64,000 nt of DNA from contig CAXXMB010000002.1 of NCBI GenBank assembly GCA_963668675.2, forward strand, positions 2,080,001 to 2,144,000, in the 5' to 3' direction. A model generated the notes under the pieces. That model was given only the letters and a program-made list of their open reading frames with translations. It had not been told where the DNA came from and did no database searches. The stretch is from an uncultured Desulfatitalea sp. Lineage in GTDB: Bacteria > Desulfobacterota > Desulfobacteria > Desulfobacterales > Desulfosarcinaceae. Position 1 is the stretch's first letter, and each line of letters opens with the position of its first letter. The translations under genes were made by a program, and so were the position numbers. Of this stretch, positions 48,807-57,478 are shown piece after piece.

Positions 48807-49970
48807 TCACTCTTCGTTGGAGATGACCAGCGAGGCGCAGTTGCCGCCGAAACCGAAGTAATTGAGTAAAAACGTTCCTGACGCAAGCGCCAGATCACGG
48901 GTCAGGGGCGTTATCCCCAGCTCCTCGTCAGGCGTTTCGAATCCCAGCGTGGCCGGAATGAAACCGGCTTTGACCGCCTCGCTGAACAGGATCAGTTCAA
49001 TCACGCCGCAGGCACCCACGGTGTGGCCGACAAAAGACTTCAACCCGGTCACCGGCGGCACCTGCCCGCCGAAGACCCATTTGAGGCCGTTACACTCGGT
49101 CAAATCGTTGTGGTAGCTTCCCGTGGCGTGAGCCTTGACCGCATCGATCCGATCGGCAGAGACGCCGGCGCGACCCAGCGCATCCTGCATCACCGCCGCA
49201 ATGGCATGGCCTTCGGGGTCGTGAGTCGTAACGCTGTGGGTGTCACAGGCGTTGGCGCCGGCCATGCAATAAAACGCCCCTTCCTCCAGGGAACGACGAT
49301 CCAGAACAACCGCCCCGCAGCCCTCTCCCATGATCACACCCAAGCGGTTCTTATCGAATGGACGGTACGGGGGCGGAGCGATCAATTTCAGCGCCTCGAA
49401 GCCGCAAAAGCCCAGGTTGCTGAAAAGATCGTACCCCACCACCAGAGCCCGCTCGATCGCCCCCTGGTCAATCATGGCCGTGGCGTAGAGCACGCCATTG
49501 GCACTGGAGGTACACGCTGTGGTAAAAGTATAACAGCCGGCCTTGATGCCGAAATGATTTGCGATTTCATTGGCGATGTTGCCATATCCCGACGAGGTTT
49601 TCGAAAGCACGTTGCTGGCTGTGCGGTAGGTCTCTTCATAGAGGGGAATATCGATGGAGGTCGATCCGAAAAAGATCGGCATGGTCTCTATCTCTTCAGG
49701 GGTCAGCTGCGCATCGACAATCGCTTTCTCCACCGTCGCGTATAGTACGGCGTAGAAAAAGGCTTCGCTGTTGCTGGGAGCTTCACCTTCATTGACGGGG
49801 AGCCGATAGTAGGGTCTGCCGTAGTCAAGATTGATGAGCGAGAGGGGAACCTCCTCCATATGAACCTTGTGGTCACGCATCGCTGCGACGACCGTCCCAA
49901 TCTCCTCTCCCAGTGCACACCGGACCGCCTTACCGCGGATATAGACCTTCTCTTTCACCTGGGAAATCAC
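48807..49970 (-). CDS. Beta-ketoacyl-ACP synthase (FabF-like)
   Basis: TACTSS, GEGCG, HATG, KSFVGHTVGA, FGFGGN catalytic Cys-His-His set. Confidence 0.92.
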   Translation of the reverse strand: MISQVKEKVYIRGKAVRCALGEEIGTVVAAMRDHKVHMEEVPLSLINLDYGRPYYRLPVNEGEAPSNSEAFFYAVLYATVEKAIVDAQLTPEEIETMPIFFGSTSIDIPLYEETYRTASNVLSKTSSGYGNIANEIANHFGIKAGCYTFTTACTSSANGVLYATAMIDQGAIERALVVGYDLFSNLGFCGFEALKLIAPPPYRPFDKNRLGVIMGEGCGAVVLDRRSLEEGAFYCMAGANACDTHSVTTHDPEGHAIAAVMQDALGRAGVSADRIDAVKAHATGSYHNDLTECNGLKWVFGGQVPPVTGLKSFVGHTVGACGVIELILFSEAVKAGFIPATLGFETPDEELGITPLTRDLALASGTFLLNYFGFGGNCASLVISNEE

Positions 49971-50233
49971 TCCGGCTGGATGTAGTCGGCAAAGCTGTTG
50001 ATCGAGGTCATGACGCGCCGCATCTGCTTGCTGTCTCGAATGGCAATGCCGAAGGTGTTTTGGATGGCAATGGAAATTTGCAGTGCATCGATGGAGTCGA
50101 GCTCAAGCGTGGAATCTCTCTGAAACAGCGGTGCCTCGTCATCGATATCCGCTATTTCGATATCCAGATCACAATTCTCGACAATCAGGGTTTTAATCTT
50201 GTTTTTCAGGTCAACATCCAGGGATCCTCGCAT
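49967..50233 (-). CDS. Acyl carrier protein
   Basis: LELDSIDAL phosphopantetheine Ser motif, acidic; 4-bp overlap with KS. Confidence 0.92.
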   Translation of the reverse strand: MRGSLDVDLKNKIKTLIVENCDLDIEIADIDDEAPLFQRDSTLELDSIDALQISIAIQNTFGIAIRDSKQMRRVMTSINSFADYIQPE

Positions 50234-50352
50234 GGTCAGACACAGGTACCTTTCAGAAAAATTTCACTGTTCGGCAAACAGGAAGATCTGTCGGCGGCAA
50301 CAGCGTAATTGCACAAGATAGAGGAATCGGCAAAGGAACGTCAAGCACAATC

Positions 50353-51798
50353 TCAACTTCCCAACGTCGAGAGCAGTGCGACCAGAAACTGCCACACCTT
50401 CTCCACCGATGGCACATGCAGCCGTTCGGCCGGTGAGTGGGGATTTCGGATCGTCGGGCCGAACGAAATCATCTCCATTCCAGGGTATAGATCTCCGATA
50501 ATGGCACACTCCAGACCGGCGTGGATTACCTGGATGACCGGTTCCTTCTTGTACAACCGTCTATAAACCGACTGGGACTCCCGCAGCAGGGGCGCCTCTG
50601 CATCCGGCTGCCATGGCGGATAAGCGTTGGTGTCCCTTGCGGCGGCCCCGGCCAGCCTTGCGGCGGCATGCACACGGCCTGTGATTTCATCCAACCGCGA
50701 CGTCATGGCACTGCGCTGGCTGGAGAGAACCGTAAGGCGGCCTCCTTCGAGATTTACCGTGGCCAGATTGCTCGACGTTTCGACCAGTCCCTCGACAGCC
50801 TGGGACATGCCGGCCACCCCATGGGGCATGGTCAGCAACAGATCTGTGACGCGTCGTGTGTCGGCGGGTGTCAAACCGCTTGCCCCTGATGGGGAGATGG
50901 TTTTGGCCTTCAAAAACAGGTCCGGCTCTATCGCACCGCACTCCCGCTTCACCACCTGCTCGATTTCGCGCACCACCTCCAGGACCGCATCCTGAACGGC
51001 TGATTCACAGATCAGCAGCAGCGACGCATCCCGGGCGATGGCGTTGTGGCGTGTTCCGCCTGAGAGACGGACAAGGCGGCATGGAACCCGTGCCAGGAGG
51101 CGATCCAGGACCCTGGCGAGCAGCTTGTTGGCATTGGAGCGCTGTTTGTGAATATCGATGCCTGAATGACCTCCGGTCAAGCCACCGATCGTGATATCCA
51201 CCCAGGCGTCCGTTGCGCCCAGCGCCTCAGTCTGCAGCTCCATTTCGATGGTCGTATCCATCCCTCCGGCACATCCGATGGTGAAGATGCCCTCATCCTC
51301 CGAGTCGAGGTTGATGAGTCTCCTGCCCTCAATCAGGTTATCCGCCATCGCTTTCACCCCATTGAGGCCGGTCTCCTCGTCCACGGTAAAAAGAAGCTCC
51401 AGCGTTGGGTGCTTCAATGACGCGTCCTCGGCCAGGGCCAAGGCATACGCGATGGCGATGCCGTTATCCGCCCCGAGGGTAGTGCGATCGGCGGTCAGCC
51501 AGTCACCATCCATGTGAGAAGTGATGGCATCCGTGTCAAAGTTGTGGTCCGAATCGGGCGTTTTTTCACACACCATATCCAAATGCCCCTGGATCACCAC
51601 TGTGGGCGCATTCTCGCATCCCCGAGCAGCCGGGACCCGGACGACCAGGTTTCCGGCGGCATCCGCCCGACTCTTGAAGCCTCTGGCATTGGCCCACCCT
51701 TTCAACCAGAGCTGAAGCTGACCTTCATTTTTAGAACAGCGGGGAATAGTGTTGATGTGCTCAAAATGGTTCAGAATAGCCCTCGTGCTCTTTTGCAT
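50353..51798 (-). CDS. pepD: Aminoacyl-histidine dipeptidase (M20C)
   Basis: QGHLDMV, LGADNG, DEETG, NLDSE, GGHSG, IHAGLEC, HSPAE. Confidence 0.95.
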   Translation of the reverse strand: MQKSTRAILNHFEHINTIPRCSKNEGQLQLWLKGWANARGFKSRADAAGNLVVRVPAARGCENAPTVVIQGHLDMVCEKTPDSDHNFDTDAITSHMDGDWLTADRTTLGADNGIAIAYALALAEDASLKHPTLELLFTVDEETGLNGVKAMADNLIEGRRLINLDSEDEGIFTIGCAGGMDTTIEMELQTEALGATDAWVDITIGGLTGGHSGIDIHKQRSNANKLLARVLDRLLARVPCRLVRLSGGTRHNAIARDASLLLICESAVQDAVLEVVREIEQVVKRECGAIEPDLFLKAKTISPSGASGLTPADTRRVTDLLLTMPHGVAGMSQAVEGLVETSSNLATVNLEGGRLTVLSSQRSAMTSRLDEITGRVHAAARLAGAAARDTNAYPPWQPDAEAPLLRESQSVYRRLYKKEPVIQVIHAGLECAIIGDLYPGMEMISFGPTIRNPHSPAERLHVPSVEKVWQFLVALLSTLGS

Positions 51799-52051
51799 GT
51801 TACCCATCCTTTCATTGAACACCGTCCGTATTGCGAGACAGGGCGGCTTGACACGGAACATAGGAAGCAGCTTCTGGCTTGTCAATATTTATAAAAAGGA
51901 TGCAATTTCATTATGTTAACAATCTAACAGCCATTTGTTTATTGACATTTCACTGTAAGTGTGTTCGAAAAGCGAACCATTTGGCGGAATAGAAATGAAA
52001 TTCATCCGCCGGCATGACAGGTCGATGCATCACACAGGAGGACTCTTCTTT

Positions 52052-52456
52052 ATGGTCTTTGATATTGCTCGCATATCAGCCCACAACGGCTGGGTCATGG
52101 CGGTCACCGGGGCTGTACTGGTTATGCTGGGCCTTGCCACACTATCTCTTATTATATCCCAACTACATAAAATTATTGGGTTTTTCGAAACAAAGGCTGC
52201 CCCACCTCTGACAACCAAAAGCGCACCGGCAGCGGCGGCTGATGGCGATGTGGATTATCTTTCCGATCCGGAAGCAATTGTAAAACTTTATAAGGTGCTG
52301 ACCGAAGAGCTCGGGGAACCGTTTGAGCTTACCAAGCTCTATCAATTGGCGCAAAAAGACCAACTTCCCCACCCACACCTGACACTGCGTACGTTGAGGG
52401 AAGCCGGATTGCTGATTCCTGCCGGCGAAGGCACGTTCTCCTGGAAAGCAGCATAA
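52052..52456 (+). CDS. OadG-like (gamma/delta) subunit of Na+-translocating decarboxylase
   Basis: N-terminal TM (TGAVLVMLGL), Ala/Pro linker; directly upstream of the beta subunit; AGGAGG RBS. Confidence 0.75.
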   Translation: MVFDIARISAHNGWVMAVTGAVLVMLGLATLSLIISQLHKIIGFFETKAAPPLTTKSAPAAAADGDVDYLSDPEAIVKLYKVLTEELGEPFELTKLYQLAQKDQLPHPHLTLRTLREAGLLIPAGEGTFSWKAA

Positions 52457-52501
52457 CACGATCATCCAGATCTTACACTTTCAGTTGAGGTAACCATACA
52501 G

Positions 52502-53632
52502 ATGGAACTGGCGTACGAATTTCTAAAAAACACCGGATATGCAATGACCGATTGGCGCTACCTGATGATGATAGCCATCGGGATCCTTTTCTGCTATCTC
52601 TCCATTGCAAAAAAATACGAACCCCTGTTGCTACTGCCCATCGGTTTCGGCATAATAATTGGTAACATTCCGTTTTTTAAAGGGTTTGGACTCGGAATAT
52701 ACGAAAACAACAGCGTTTTGCACTACCTCTACTTCGGCGTCACGACAGGCCTCTACCCATCAATTGTCTTTCTCGGCCTGGGGGCAATGACCGACTTCTC
52801 CTCTATGCTGGCCCGTCCCAAACTGATGCTTCTCGGCGCCTCCGCTCAGATGGGCATCTATTTTACCCTCCTGAGCGCTCTAGCACTTGGATTTGCTCCT
52901 AAAGAGGCCGCTTCGGTCGCCATTATCGGTGGTGCAGATGGACCGACCTCCATCTTCCTCACCGCCAAACTGGCCCCCCATCTGATTGGTCCGGTGGCCA
53001 TTGCTGCCTACTCCTATATGGCCCTTATCCCCATTATTCAGCCTCCCATTATGCGTCTACTGACATCCAAAGAGGAGCGCCTGATCAGAATGCCCGATAC
53101 CGAGCGGCATGTCTCCCGCAAAGAGCTGGTCTTCTTTCCCATTGTAGGCGTTCTGCTCTGCTGCTTCCTGGCGCCGGCCTCCATTCCGCTGTTAGGTCCC
53201 TTCTTTTTTGGAAACCTGATGAAAGTGTCCGGCGTCGTCGATCGGTTGGCAAAAACCGCTAGCTCCGCCGTCATCGATACAGCCACCATCTTTCTTGGCT
53301 TTACGGTGGGCGCCAGCACCCAGGCGGATGTGTTCATCACCCCCAAGGCGCTGGGTATCTTCTTCCTGGGTTCTGTTGCCTTCTCCATTGCCACCGCATC
53401 GGGCGTTATTTTTGCAAAAATCATGAACCTCTTCCTCAAAGAGAAGATCAATCCCCTACTGGGTGCCGCCGGCGTCTCCGCCGTACCTGGCTCTGCAAGA
53501 GAAGTTCACCTGACCGCTCAAAAGGAAGACCCCGGAAACTATCTGCTGATGCACGCCATGGCCTGTAACGCCTCCGGGGTGATCGGCTCAGCGATCTGTG
53601 CTGGTATTCTGTGGAGCTTCATGATGAAGTAG
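52502..53632 (+). CDS. oadB: Na+-translocating decarboxylase beta subunit
   Basis: EPLLLLPIGFG, GAMTDF, IIGGADGPTSIF, AAYSYMAL, GAAGVSAVP, GVIGSA. Confidence 0.92.
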   Translation: MELAYEFLKNTGYAMTDWRYLMMIAIGILFCYLSIAKKYEPLLLLPIGFGIIIGNIPFFKGFGLGIYENNSVLHYLYFGVTTGLYPSIVFLGLGAMTDFSSMLARPKLMLLGASAQMGIYFTLLSALALGFAPKEAASVAIIGGADGPTSIFLTAKLAPHLIGPVAIAAYSYMALIPIIQPPIMRLLTSKEERLIRMPDTERHVSRKELVFFPIVGVLLCCFLAPASIPLLGPFFFGNLMKVSGVVDRLAKTASSAVIDTATIFLGFTVGASTQADVFITPKALGIFFLGSVAFSIATASGVIFAKIMNLFLKEKINPLLGAAGVSAVPGSAREVHLTAQKEDPGNYLLMHAMACNASGVIGSAICAGILWSFMMK

Positions 53633-53953
53633 TTTTTCTCACACAGCGGACGAATAGGGAGGCCGACCATCGCGTCCCGGCTGGCTCTCTTCTCCATCAT
53701 TTCCCTTGACCCTGCCGTATGGCTATGTGTACATATTGAAAGGACAGCAAAACAGACCGCTAAGCCGCACCACTTCCGCCGACAACTGAATTTCTCTCTA
53801 AACGGCACCAAATCGATACCAATGCCGGAACGGCGACTCTTTTTTAAGCCGTCTTTTGCTGCCGCACGACACAAAAAAATCCGATATCGTTTTCGGCCAT
53901 GCGCTCCACGCCCCTCTCCAAACATTACCTGACAACGACAAGGGAGAGAGATC

Positions 53954-54268
53954 ATGATTGCCAAAATTCTAATCAAACGGCGCTTCAAAGAGGGTAAAAC
54001 GAAACAGATCGTCTCCTTGCTTAACGAACTTCGCGCCCGGGCCATGCATCAGCCCGGCTATATTTCCGGGGAAACCCTCTCCAAAGAGGGCTTCCCACTC
54101 AACATGGTCGTCATCGGAAGCTGGCAAAGCCTCGAAGAGTGGTACAGGTGGCGAGACAGCGACGAGCGCAAACGCTTTGAATCGATGCTGGAGCTCTACC
54201 AAGAGCGTCCTACCGATTATGAGGAGTTTCTCCTTGGCACACCACTCGGGTTTGGAGACGCCAGTTGA
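53954..54268 (+). CDS. Antibiotic biosynthesis monooxygenase (ABM) family protein
   Basis: QPGYISGETL, W.S.E.W..W..S pattern. Confidence 0.85.
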   Translation: MIAKILIKRRFKEGKTKQIVSLLNELRARAMHQPGYISGETLSKEGFPLNMVVIGSWQSLEEWYRWRDSDERKRFESMLELYQERPTDYEEFLLGTPLGFGDAS

Positions 54269-54557
54269 TCGCTCCAGGCTTCACTGCTGCTTAAGGGTTT
54301 CCAACCAACCTATCTGTATCTATGGTGTCGAGGCTTTCAACAGAGGCGATACAGACTGGCCCTCGTTCAATCTCTTCGCTGTATCCATTTCGGTCGCGGT
54401 TTATCTCTTTTCATCAAACATAAATCTGCCCGTTTCAAAGATGGGTCTGTTTGAAATCGATAAAATGGATTTGCTGGCATAACGGTTCGATTTGGTGTAT
54501 CAAAATAGCCATACCCAGCTTACTGCCAACCACAACCTATGATTTGAGGAAGTCGAC

Positions 54558-55385
54558 ATGCAAAAATGGAAATGTACTGTGTGCGGATACGTCCACGAGG
54601 GGGAGGAGCCACCAGAAAAATGTCCGGTCTGCGGTGCGGACCGATCCCTTTTCGTATTGATGGAGGCGGAAGGAACCGACGGAGACAGCTCACCCGCTTC
54701 CCCTGCGATTGAACAGCCAGAAGCTGATGCCGATGCCAGGTGGCGCTGTTCGGTATGTGGTTATATTCACACCGGCAGTTCGCCGCCCGATAAATGCCCT
54801 GTGTGTGGCGCGGATAAAAGTCAATTTGTTTTGCTGACCGATCAACCGGCCGATCGAGTCGACTCCGATGAGATGCAAGCGTCGACCGCATCAACTGGTC
54901 AGAATCACATCGAAGACGAATCCGGCATCTCACAAATGTTCCCTGAAAGTGTCAAGGAGCTTAGTCAGAAACTTACCCTTTTTCACGGCCACCCGGTTGC
55001 GGTTCATATACCCAATGGCGTGTTGCCCGTAGCGGTTCTCTTCACCTTTCTGGCACTTCTTTTCGGATCAGCCAGCCTCGCTGCCGCTGCAAAATGGAAC
55101 GTCATTCTTATAGCGCTGGCCATGCCCATCGTGATTGCTACCGGCGTCATCGACTGGATCAACAAATTCAAAGGGCGCATGACCCAGGTGTTCAAAGTAA
55201 AAATGGTGTGCGCCGCCATCGTTACCCTTCTGACCATCATACTTGCCATCTGGTGGCTGGCCGATCCCGACCTCTATTTACGCGGTCTCTTTTCCAACTG
55301 GTTTTTCTTTTTGCTTCACCTTATCGATCTTGCCGCTGCGGGCACAGCCGGTTGGTATGGCGGAAAACTTGTTTTTCACGCCTGA
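54558..55385 (+). CDS. Tandem rubredoxin-like domains fused to a DUF2231-like membrane domain
   Basis: Two WxCxVCGYxH..PPxxCPVCGA units; HPVAVHIP and GGKLVF in a 4-TM domain. Confidence 0.85.
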   Translation: MQKWKCTVCGYVHEGEEPPEKCPVCGADRSLFVLMEAEGTDGDSSPASPAIEQPEADADARWRCSVCGYIHTGSSPPDKCPVCGADKSQFVLLTDQPADRVDSDEMQASTASTGQNHIEDESGISQMFPESVKELSQKLTLFHGHPVAVHIPNGVLPVAVLFTFLALLFGSASLAAAAKWNVILIALAMPIVIATGVIDWINKFKGRMTQVFKVKMVCAAIVTLLTIILAIWWLADPDLYLRGLFSNWFFFLLHLIDLAAAGTAGWYGGKLVFHA

Positions 55386-55434
55386 TTGAGAAACATGCCA
55401 GGACCAGGGATCGCTCGACCCCCTTATGAAAAAG

Positions 55435-55477
55435 ATTGCCCCGCAAAACCCTGTCAGACAAGGCTTTGCGGGGCAAT
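55435..55477. terminator. Stem-loop between convergent genes, probable terminator
   Basis: ATTGCCCCGCAAA-N17-TTTGCGGGGCAAT; no long U tail. Confidence 0.55.
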
Positions 55478-55557
55478 TGAATTAGAGCCCAATTTTCAAA
55501 CGATCCTGGCCAGGCGCATACCAGGATATCACTTTTACATCACATTCAAATGGTGCG

Positions 55558-56400
55558 CTAACACCCCCCCTTATCACACCGAATAGCAACGGCAGACCAA
55601 TTTCGATTTTCCCGGGACCACACTTTTCGAAAACCGACCGGCAAGTGCTCCAAAACAGCTTCTCCCTCCCCAGGCCTGAATCCGCTCAACACCCAATAGC
55701 CGTTTGCACGGGTTCGCATCGCCATTGCGGGAATCAAACCGACAAGGGTGGGCGGGCGCAAGTTGGCCATGATCGTATCAAAAGGTGCCGGCTCTAAAAG
55801 TTCCAGGCTTCCCGAGACAATGTGAACTCTACCAGCCAACCCATTAATACGAACGTTACTCATTGCCTCGTGGCATGCGAGAGGATCTATATCGATCGCC
55901 ACGACCGGCCCCAACCCGAGTAACTCAGCAGCCATTGCCAGCACGCCGGTCCCCGTGCCGATGTCCAAGGTCTTAATGTTCCTTGTGGGATCTTTGGATC
56001 TCCGCTGTGTCGAAATCCAATCGATGGCATATAGGGAGAGAATCGTTGTGGGGTGATCGCCACGACCGAAAGCCGAACCGCTTTGCACCTTCAGATACTT
56101 CGGTGACGGATTTCTCGCGCCTTGGTCGATTGTGGTTCCGAGTGACAGCCGCTCTGAAATCGATATGATGCCGCTGCGTCCAAGTTCAATGTGGCTTGAG
56201 GAGAAGTGGTGTGAATAAATCAACAACCCCAGGCTCACCATCTTGCGAACAGAGGAGCGGAAAATTTTTCGGTCCAACCCTGGAAATTGCCCTGCCAGTG
56301 CCCCCATCAGGTCGGTGGGTGTCATGCGCAGGTGCGTCTCTGCCAGCAATTGGAGAATATACTCCTTTACAGGATCAGAGGCGGTAGCGCCACCTGTCAT
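55558..56400 (-). CDS. PrmA-like (ribosomal protein L11) SAM methyltransferase
   Basis: AFGRGDHPTT, LDIGTGTGVLA, DID, MANL, LSGF; N-terminal domain is not PrmA-like. Confidence 0.8.
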   Translation of the reverse strand: MTGGATASDPVKEYILQLLAETHLRMTPTDLMGALAGQFPGLDRKIFRSSVRKMVSLGLLIYSHHFSSSHIELGRSGIISISERLSLGTTIDQGARNPSPKYLKVQSGSAFGRGDHPTTILSLYAIDWISTQRRSKDPTRNIKTLDIGTGTGVLAMAAELLGLGPVVAIDIDPLACHEAMSNVRINGLAGRVHIVSGSLELLEPAPFDTIMANLRPPTLVGLIPAMAMRTRANGYWVLSGFRPGEGEAVLEHLPVGFRKVWSRENRNWSAVAIRCDKGGC

Positions 56401-56750
56401 TCTGTCTCTTTATCCTCTATCGACTTCAACTGTTCAATGTACCAGCGAGCAAACTCATACATACCGATAAACCGATCATCATCATTGATAATCCCCAGAG
56501 CCATTTCCAGAACGCCACGGCCATAGGCATTGCTGTAATTTTCATGCTCGCACTGCTGCAAAAACGCTCTTACCAACTGTTGGGTTGTGCGCTTGGTTGC
56601 GTCCCTTCGAATATCGATGGGGTCCTTGGGTTCCTCGAAAGGGTCCCATCGATCATAGCCTATTTTCTCTATTCTTTTGCGTGCGCGAGCGGACATGCCA
56701 TCGAAAATCGCCATTTTCCTTTGGGATGCTTCCTCTGAAGATAGCTTCAT
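56397..56750 (-). CDS. Hypothetical protein
   Basis: 117-aa ORF coupled by ATGA overlaps to both neighbours. Confidence 0.8.
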   Translation of the reverse strand: MKLSSEEASQRKMAIFDGMSARARKRIEKIGYDRWDPFEEPKDPIDIRRDATKRTTQQLVRAFLQQCEHENYSNAYGRGVLEMALGIINDDDRFIGMYEFARWYIEQLKSIEDKETE

Positions 56751-57433
56751 GATGCCCCCGATCTCTTTTCCGCTTCATCATCTTCATCCTTGGTGCTGAC
56801 TCCCAGATACTCCTCGGTATACTCGGTCAACAGGGCCATGGACAGGGGAACCAGCATCTCAGCCAATCTTGGATAACGACTCTTGATCGATTGCGCCAAC
56901 TCCGCCGATATCGCATAGAGTCTCTGGTAGACCGCATCCAACTTCAGTGTTGGATAGGACTCACCCTTTTCGAAGCCACTGACCCCACAGGTGTGCGCCC
57001 TCCCTCCGATTTCAGTTGGAATACCATATACACGGCAGGTAATCGGACGCACGTCATATATGGCGCAGCGATCATCATCATTCAGGGCCGGACAACGGAT
57101 GCGCTTCAGTGCCATCTCCTCCAATATCTCCGGCTCCGGTCTGCCCTTTTCCAGTTCCTTCACCGCATTTCGTTTGAGGCGATGGATGTCGCGATCTGCC
57201 CTGTTCGCCTTTTCAAGAAGCGCTTCAAGAGAGGCTCCCTCAAACCTTTTCAACACCTCGGTATTGATGTAGAGAGCCTCTATTAATGTGACATCGAAAA
57301 GAGCATGACAACAGTCGGCACAGCGCTCCTTGCAGCGAACACATTCAGCATACTCACTTTTCACACGTTCGAATGCGGCGTCCACCTGTTGCACCAGTGC
57401 CTTGTATTGGTCGAAAAATGGTTCGAAATCCAT
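56747..57433 (-). CDS. YkgJ-family cysteine cluster protein
   Basis: CKERCADCC, CPAL..CAIYDVRPITCR; CAGGAG RBS. Confidence 0.9.
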   Translation of the reverse strand: MDFEPFFDQYKALVQQVDAAFERVKSEYAECVRCKERCADCCHALFDVTLIEALYINTEVLKRFEGASLEALLEKANRADRDIHRLKRNAVKELEKGRPEPEILEEMALKRIRCPALNDDDRCAIYDVRPITCRVYGIPTEIGGRAHTCGVSGFEKGESYPTLKLDAVYQRLYAISAELAQSIKSRYPRLAEMLVPLSMALLTEYTEEYLGVSTKDEDDEAEKRSGAS

Positions 57434-57448
57434 GATGCATCTCCTGAC

Positions 57449-57464
57449 TGTTTCACGTGAAACA
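57449..57464. other. parS centromere-like site
   Basis: TGTTTCACGTGAAACA is an exact match to the 16-bp parS consensus. Confidence 0.95.
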
Positions 57465-57478
57465 ATTTATGGTCGTAG

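Noticed and set aside
48930..48950. TTCGAATCCC T-loop-like sequence
   Set aside because: It lies inside the KS gene and no cloverleaf can be formed.
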